This document shows positions 56,982 to 64,000 of a stretch of DNA of 64,000 nucleotides, piece after piece. Below the pieces are notes generated by a model. That model saw only the letters and a program-made list of their open reading frames with translations. It made no database searches and was not told where the DNA came from. Position numbers and translations under genes: made by a program. Numbering within the stretch: position 1 is the stretch's first letter; each line of letters opens with the position of its first letter. Source of the DNA: Ascoidea asiatica JCM 7603 (lineage: Eukaryota > Fungi > Ascomycota); assembly GCA_001600695.1 (NCBI GenBank), contig BCKQ01000007.1, positions 391,183 to 455,182 on the forward strand, written 5' to 3'.

Positions 56982-58367
56982 TTAAAATCCATGGTTTTTC
57001 TTACCCCAACCTTTTGCAATCATTGATTTTTCTAAATTTTCCCAAAACCATTCTGCAATTTGTTTATCTTTAAATCTTAAATCTCTATCTAATTGAACTT
57101 TTTCAACATTCCATTTATTAACTTTTTCAGGTATAATTTCACCATTATAATTAAAGTAATAACCTTTAATTTTTGAGAAAAGTATATTCGGATCAGACCA
57201 TAAATAAGTTTTAAATTGCCACTCTTGACCAGTTGTAAAAATTGCAACAACTCTATCCCAATATTCTATTTTAGTAAAAAGATCAGTTGAATTAACAACC
57301 ATAAATTTTAATTTTCCTAAAACTTTTGAAGTTCTTTGAATTTTAAGTAAATTTAAATGACTTGAATTTGTAATATCAGGTATTTGAAATTTTCCATTTT
57401 CTAAAAATTCTTTAATATTTAACATTGTAATTAATGCAGTTGAAGATGGTGAAATAATTATAATTGGTGTTATTCTTTTATTATTATTTTTATTTATTGT
57501 TAATCTTGATGAAGATGTTGATGATGATAATAATGATGATCCTGGTATTGATGTTGAGCCAGGTTTATTTATTGATGATGTATTTGATTTTATAAAGGAA
57601 TTTGAATTAGATGAACCTCTATTTGATGAATAATGATCTTTTAATTGAGAAATAATTTTAATTTCTACATCTTTTGTAAGATAATTAAAATTGATTAATT
57701 TTGAACCATGAAGATATGTATTATGATCAATTAAACTTCTTTCATTTGATAAAACTTTTTGTAAAAAATCATTATCAATACTATTACTATTATTATTATT
57801 ATAACTTAAATTTTTACTATTACTATAACTAGTGGTACTAGTAATACTATTCAAAGTATTATTATTTAAATCATTATTTAATGATAAATTACTATCATTA
57901 TTATTATTATTATTATTATTTGTTTGACTAGACTGTTGCAGTGATTGACTATTATCAGTTGTACTTGAATTTTCAATTAATTGAAAAGAAGATAAATCAT
58001 TTGATTTACCATTTAAATAAGAATTTAATTGAGATCTTTGATGAAATGATAAAGTTGTAATTTTTTTGAATTGAGAATCTTTAAAATAATCAGAACCTAA
58101 AGAATTTTGATGTAAAAAGCATTGAATAATTGATTGAAAATTAATTTTTGAATTAATATTATTAATATCTGAATATAAATTAGTTTTTATAAAAATATTA
58201 AATAATTTATACTTTAATTTATCATTTGAATTATAAATTTTTATAGAATCAATATCTTCAGTTAATTCTTTTGAAATTAAATTAGTATCTTTTGAAGAAA
58301 TTAATTCAAATCCATAATTTTTAATAATTGAATTACGAAATAAATCTACTGCATTTTCTTCTGACAT
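56982..58367 (-). CDS. CDC73: Paf1 complex subunit Cdc73
   Basis: ERSLIDHN..L.GSK; PIIIISPS.TALITM.NIK.FLE.G; YWDRVVAIFTTGQEWQFK. Confidence 0.92.
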   Translation of the reverse strand: MSEENAVDLFRNSIIKNYGFELISSKDTNLISKELTEDIDSIKIYNSNDKLKYKLFNIFIKTNLYSDINNINSKINFQSIIQCFLHQNSLGSDYFKDSQFKKITTLSFHQRSQLNSYLNGKSNDLSSFQLIENSSTTDNSQSLQQSSQTNNNNNNNNDSNLSLNNDLNNNTLNSITSTTSYSNSKNLSYNNNNSNSIDNDFLQKVLSNERSLIDHNTYLHGSKLINFNYLTKDVEIKIISQLKDHYSSNRGSSNSNSFIKSNTSSINKPGSTSIPGSSLLSSSTSSSRLTINKNNNKRITPIIIISPSSTALITMLNIKEFLENGKFQIPDITNSSHLNLLKIQRTSKVLGKLKFMVVNSTDLFTKIEYWDRVVAIFTTGQEWQFKTYLWSDPNILFSKIKGYYFNYNGEIIPEKVNKWNVEKVQLDRDLRFKDKQIAEWFWENLEKSMIAKGWGKKNHGF

Positions 58368-58782
58368 TTTTTAGATTGTTATTTGATACTAATCTTTATT
58401 GAATATTTATGATTATTTATCAGTTTCTAATCAAAAGATTAATAAATTAATAGAGCAATAAACTAATATTTATTTTCGAGAGTTCACTCAGTTGTTTGTT
58501 ATCTACTTGAATGAAAAACAAAAACCGGAAAGCACGTGCCAGTTTGTATAACTATTTGGTCGGAATACTAAATGTATCAGTGTAAAAGGAAATAATTAAA
58601 AAAATACAGTAATAAATAGTCAGGTGATACCGTCGGAAATACATTTATAATAATATTAATTATGATCTATTTAAATAAATAATTGATTTATTGAGTTTTC
58701 TATCTATTTATTAATCTATTTGATTGGATTGATAATTGAATTATATAAATTATAATTTGAAAGTATTATTAATATTTGATGG

Positions 58783-59739
58783 CTATTCTAATTCAGATAA
58801 ATATTTTTCAGCATCTAAAGCAGCCATACAACCAGAACCAGCACTTGTAATTGCTTGTCTATATCTTTTATCTTGAACATCACCAGCTGCAAATACACCA
58901 ACAACATTAGTTAATGAAGAACCTGGAATTGTTTTAATATAACCATCTTGATCAGTATTAATTTGATTTTCAAAGATTTTAGTTGCAGGAGTATGACCAA
59001 TAGCATAAAATAAACCATTAGCTTCAAGAGTTTTAATTTCATCTAATTTTGTATTTTTAATTTTTAAATTTGTTAAAAAATTTCCATCACCATTTGCTTC
59101 TAAAGTTATAGTATTAAATAAAACTTCAATTTTTGAATTTGATAAAGCTCTTTTTTGCATTACAGTTGAAGCTCTTAGATGATCTTTTCTAACAATTAAA
59201 TAAACTTTTGAACCATATTTTGTTAAAAATAAAGCTTCTTCACAAGCAGAATCTCCACCACCAATTACAACTAAAGGTTTATTTCTAAAAATTGGTACAG
59301 CACCATCACAAACAGCACATGCACTTATACCTTTTTGCCAATATTTTTCTTCACCAGGTAAATGTAATCTTTTTGCAGAAGCACCAGTTGCAATAATTAT
59401 TGAATCTGTTAATATTGGAGTTTCTGGATCCCATTCAGAATACAATTTAAATGGTTTTTCACTTAAATCAACTTTTGAAATAGTTTCAGTTATAATTTCA
59501 GTACCAAATTTTATACTTTGTTTTCTCATATTATCCATTAATTCAGAACCATTAAGACCTTCTGGAAAACCAGGAAAATTTTCAATTTCTGTTGTTGTTG
59601 TTAATTGTCCACCAGCTGCAATTCCATTTGCTAAAAAACCTTCATATAAAACTGGAGACATTTCTGCTCTTGCTAAATAAATAGCAGCAGTATGAGCTGC
59701 AGGACCAGAACCAATTATTGTTACTTTATTATGAACCAT
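58783..59739 (-). CDS. TRR1: Thioredoxin reductase
   Basis: [14 protein letters not shown]; GGQLTTTT; SACAVCDG; [10 protein letters not shown]; [19 protein letters not shown]. Confidence 0.96.
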   Translation of the reverse strand: MVHNKVTIIGSGPAAHTAAIYLARAEMSPVLYEGFLANGIAAGGQLTTTTEIENFPGFPEGLNGSELMDNMRKQSIKFGTEIITETISKVDLSEKPFKLYSEWDPETPILTDSIIIATGASAKRLHLPGEEKYWQKGISACAVCDGAVPIFRNKPLVVIGGGDSACEEALFLTKYGSKVYLIVRKDHLRASTVMQKRALSNSKIEVLFNTITLEANGDGNFLTNLKIKNTKLDEIKTLEANGLFYAIGHTPATKIFENQINTDQDGYIKTIPGSSLTNVVGVFAAGDVQDKRYRQAITSAGSGCMAALDAEKYLSELE

Positions 59740-60832
59740 TTTATTATTTTTATTATTATTATTATTATTAATTGTAGAATAATTTAATTTATTAGTTGTA
59801 TTATTAATTATATTACTGTTATTGTTATTGTTATTATTTGAATAAGAATAAATTAAAGGAAAAGATAAAAAAGATAAATGATTGTAATTTGAAGAAGGAT
59901 TAAACTTCTTAAATATAAAATTATTAAACTTAAAAGGTGAAATTTTAAAAATTTTGAAATAAGGATAATTAATTTACACTTGATAATATTATTAGTAAGA
60001 ATAAAGTTCTATAAATTATTACTTTTTTTTAACTTATAAAATATATTTATCGATTACTTATTTATAATTAATATTCTGGATTCTAGTTTAAATTAAATTG
60101 AATTGAAATTAAATGAGATTGAAAGAGATTGAATTAGAATATAATTTGAAATGAAATAAATGAATCCAGGTCTGGATATCTTACCTAAAAGCGTTAACAC
60201 TGTTTTTACTCGAGGCCCCATAATTAATAATTCCATTATAAATACGATTAAATGCCATTATCATTATAAATCAGTGCAATTCTGGCCAAAAGCAAAAAAA
60301 AAGACCCGAGAGAGCCCTACAATAAACCCCGGAACCGGAACTCCGTCAGTTTTAGGGCTCTGTTACTAACTGATCCACCCAATTCCCATTTAGTGTTTAA
60401 TGTGGCGTGTAATAACCTCTTAAGTCAGGCTGTGCTTTGGACCCCGTTAAACACGGGGTTTACCATTCTTTCCACGTGCATATCTTTTTCTTGAGCATGC
60501 ATGCCTGAAACAAAAAACAGACAATAACAACAAGAATAACAATAATAACAATAGTAACAATTGTTGTTAACGCCAGCTCTCAAATCAACGTTTATTTGGC
60601 CATATTCGATATTGATCAAATTAAACCAGATGGAAATAACCTGAAATAACTTGAAATAACTTGAAATAAAATATATCAAATAACACTGTTTAATTCAATT
60701 CAATTATACATCACTTACAGATCAATTATAGATTCAATCAAGTTAGCTTAAGTACTTATTATCATTCTTTTTATTCGCTATTTCAAAGGAACAATAATGC
60801 TCTTTATTTCCTATTAATTGTTCAAAATTTAA

Positions 60833-63736
60833 ATGTTTCCTGTAAACAATTCAATTGTAACTTCTTTAAATATTGCTGATAATCAAATAAAATTAAATTC
60901 AATAATGTCTGAAGTTAATAATTCAAATACTATAGTTCCAATAAAGTCAATTGATTCAACTAAATCTACCAAATCAACAAAGTCAAATAAGTCAAATAAG
61001 TCAAATAAATCAATTAAATCAAATAAGTCTGCAGACATAAAAATTTCAAGACTATCTGCTGTCAAAACTAATAGCATTCTATCAATTTCTCAAGATTCAA
61101 TTTACTTTGAAACCGCTGATGAAGATGAAGGAGAGCTGGAAGTTGAAGCAGAAGATGAAGTTGAAATTGAAATCGATGATAAAAAGAATTTTTTAAAAGA
61201 TGAAAAGAATTTGAATGATGAAAAGGATCTGAATAAAATTGAAAATACTACAACTTTAAATGAAACAAATTCTTCGATAAATTCAGTAAATAATAATGTA
61301 TTGAATATATCTGATAATGATATAAGTAGTACTAGTGCAAATAGTAATATCTCAAAACCTGATACAATCATTAAATCCCAAGATCTTGATATTAATAAAG
61401 ACGAAGATAACATCAAAGATAAAGACAAAGAAGAAGATGAAGATAAAGATTATATAATTGAAAAATATCAAAATGATTTAAAATTAAAAACAAATGAATT
61501 AGTTAATTTAAATTTAAAATTAGATAATTTAACTCAAGAAAATATTAAATTAAATCTTAAAAATAAAACTTTATCAAATGATTTAAAATTTGAAAAAAAT
61601 TTATCTCAAAAATTAGAAAATGAAATTTCTGGTTTATCAAAAGAAATTGAAGATCTTTCAAGTTCTTTATTTAATGAAGCAAATAATATGGTAAAATTTG
61701 AAAAATTTGAAAAATTTAAAATTGAAAAAAAAAATTTAATTTTAATTAATCAAATTAATGAAAAAAATAATTTATTAAATTTATATAAAGATCAATTAAA
61801 TGATTTAAAAAAAATGTTAAATGATTTAATAATTTCTGAAAAAAAATTAAAAATTAATGAAAAAAGAAGAAGTGCAGCTTTAATTAATCATTCAAGACAT
61901 ACTTCTCTTTATTTACCAAATTCTCCAATTTCTCAATTTAATTCAATTTCATCTAATTCAAAAGATAATAATTTAAAAGATAATTTAAATCAAATGTTAC
62001 AAAATAATATAAATAATGACCAATCTTCTTTAAATGATCCTTCAAATAAATCTAAATCTTCAAAATCTTCAATTGAAAAATCAAATGATAAATCAAAAGA
62101 TTTGAATGAAGATACTTTATATCAATTAAATTCAAATTCTGATATTAATTCAAATATAATCTCAAATACCACCACCATTCATAATAATTATAATAATAAC
62201 AACAATTATAGTAAAATAATGTCAAATAATTTAAATAATTTAGAAAAAATTGCAAATAATTTATCAATTGATAATATTATTTATTCTCCAACTGTTCAAG
62301 CAATAAGATATGATTTAAAAAATTTTAAATATTTCATGAATTTTTTAAATTATATTGAATTATCTAAAAAATTAGATAATTTTAATAATATTAAAAATAA
62401 TTATAATGATTTTAAAGAAACTAAATTTTTTAAAAAAATTTTAAATGAAGATATTGAACCAACTTTAAGATTAGATGAAGCTCCTGGAATTTCCTGGCTT
62501 CAAAAAAAAACTGTTATAAATTCAATGATGAATGGTAAAGTTATTATTGAACCAATTAACTCTTTATTTAATAATAATAATAACATCACCAGCCATAGCA
62601 CTGAACCCTGTTCACTTTGTGGTGAAGATAGAAATAGTAAACCAGAATATTCAAGACTTTATATTCTAAAAATTTATACCACTAAAAAAAATAAAAAAGT
62701 TAATTCTTCAAATGTAACTTCTCCTGTAAAACCTCCAAATTCAAATACTGGCTTTTTTTCCTCATTAATAAAAAGATCAAGTTCTTCAAATAATATTACA
62801 AACATTCAAAATAATAAATATTTAAAAATCAATAATTCAAATTTATCTATAACTAAATCAATCTCAAATTCAATCACTAATTCTTCTGATATTAATAGTA
62901 TTAATAATATCAGTGATAATAATAATAATGATGAAATAGTCACTACTGAAGTTATCACTAATGAATTTCCACTTTGTAATTATTGTTTAAATCGAATCAG
63001 AAATGTTTGTGAATTATTTGCTTTTTTCAGATCAATTAAAAATGGTATTTGGGGTAAAAAAATTACTTCCAATCAATTTCTATTAAAAAAATGTTGGATT
63101 GAATGCTGTAGATTAAGATCAAAAATATTTTGGAGTAGAATTGGAATTTATGAATCAAATTTAAATAATATTATTGATAATAAAGATTTTGATGAATTTC
63201 AAATTAATTCAAAAGTTAATTATTTTGATGATTATATTTCAAAAGATAATGACAATAATGGCGATGATGAAGTTGAAATTAATGAAGATGATATAGATTT
63301 AATTGTCAGTAATGAAATTCAAAAATTTAATCTAAATAATAATGATAGTCATTTGAAAATTAACTTAAATCAATCACATTCTTCTTCGAATTCAATCTCA
63401 AATTCAATCTCTAAGTCAAATATGAGTTCAACATCAAATCTACACTCTTCATCAAATATAACTACATCATCGGATACAAATTCACTATTGAATACTATCA
63501 ATGATACATCCTCCAAAGATGATATTCATTCAGAACTTGAAAAAAATGATGTTTCAAAATCAAGCTCTGAGAATGAATCTTCAAATTCAAATATTTCAAA
63601 ATCTAAAGAATTACCTGATATTCCTGATACACTGACTCCTAAAATAGCACAGAGTAGTCAAATCACAGATATTCCAATAACTCCTAAAACCCCTCAAACT
63701 CCTCAAACTCCTCAAATTACGATTGAAAGTAATTAG
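60833..63736 (+). CDS. SEC2: Rab GEF Sec2
   Basis: Coiled coil with EIEDLSSSLFNEANNMV; EDIEPTLRLD.APG.SW; CSLCGE..R; LCNYCLNRIRNVCE; LRSKIFWSRIG. Confidence 0.9.
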   Translation: MFPVNNSIVTSLNIADNQIKLNSIMSEVNNSNTIVPIKSIDSTKSTKSTKSNKSNKSNKSIKSNKSADIKISRLSAVKTNSILSISQDSIYFETADEDEGELEVEAEDEVEIEIDDKKNFLKDEKNLNDEKDLNKIENTTTLNETNSSINSVNNNVLNISDNDISSTSANSNISKPDTIIKSQDLDINKDEDNIKDKDKEEDEDKDYIIEKYQNDLKLKTNELVNLNLKLDNLTQENIKLNLKNKTLSNDLKFEKNLSQKLENEISGLSKEIEDLSSSLFNEANNMVKFEKFEKFKIEKKNLILINQINEKNNLLNLYKDQLNDLKKMLNDLIISEKKLKINEKRRSAALINHSRHTSLYLPNSPISQFNSISSNSKDNNLKDNLNQMLQNNINNDQSSLNDPSNKSKSSKSSIEKSNDKSKDLNEDTLYQLNSNSDINSNIISNTTTIHNNYNNNNNYSKIMSNNLNNLEKIANNLSIDNIIYSPTVQAIRYDLKNFKYFMNFLNYIELSKKLDNFNNIKNNYNDFKETKFFKKILNEDIEPTLRLDEAPGISWLQKKTVINSMMNGKVIIEPINSLFNNNNNITSHSTEPCSLCGEDRNSKPEYSRLYILKIYTTKKNKKVNSSNVTSPVKPPNSNTGFFSSLIKRSSSSNNITNIQNNKYLKINNSNLSITKSISNSITNSSDINSINNISDNNNNDEIVTTEVITNEFPLCNYCLNRIRNVCELFAFFRSIKNGIWGKKITSNQFLLKKCWIECCRLRSKIFWSRIGIYESNLNNIIDNKDFDEFQINSKVNYFDDYISKDNDNNGDDEVEINEDDIDLIVSNEIQKFNLNNNDSHLKINLNQSHSSSNSISNSISKSNMSSTSNLHSSSNITTSSDTNSLLNTINDTSSKDDIHSELEKNDVSKSSSENESSNSNISKSKELPDIPDTLTPKIAQSSQITDIPITPKTPQTPQTPQITIESN

Positions 63737-64000
63737 TTGTACAGCTTAGTATTTTTTTCTCAATTTCAGCTCAGTTAACTTTCTTAAATTTTTTTCCGTA
63801 TCTACTCCTTTCTTAATTAATTAATACTTTTTTTTTTCTTTTGATAACCATAATTTCAAGGATGCTTCTATTAACTTTTTGACTTTCATTTATATCTTAA
63901 ATACATACAGAAAATGTCTTTTTTTATATAATTAATACTGCTCGTCTTTGTTTCTTTTAATTCATTTTTTGGTGCATGTTTTGTTCTTGCTAAGTGTTTT

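Overview
Very AT-rich, intron-poor budding-yeast (Saccharomycotina) chromosomal segment with pervasive poly-Asn/Gln expansions. The style resembles Ascoidea-like yeasts, but that is inference only. It holds 23 protein genes: a 5'-truncated AA9 LPMO, NSE1, NCS2, CAX4, an aldo-keto reductase, a SNQ2-type ABC transporter, a DHA1 MFS transporter, CLA4, a divergent STE4-like G-beta, a divergent GCN5-like HAT, EIS1, CAB1, a 1951-aa coiled-coil protein, eIF2A, an intron-split RPL26 missed by the ORF track, FCF2, a degenerate GATA-finger protein, PNS1, an orphan, CDC23, CDC73, TRR1 and SEC2. There are three tRNA genes (Gly-GCC, Asp-GTC, Ile-AAT). The most notable signals are: (1) a dispersed 19-bp element, CCACAAAAGTGGTCTCAGT, present as two exact inverted copies 22.4 kb apart plus a variant and a split copy, always intergenic; (2) an AA9 LPMO in a yeast, carrying a non-CBM1 six-Cys C-terminal module; (3) an adjacent convergent pair of unusually diverged regulators, a G-beta lacking G-alpha contact residues and a Gcn5 variant with MSE-like sites upstream. 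No transposase, LTR or rRNA was recognised. All homology calls are from motif recognition; no searches were run.
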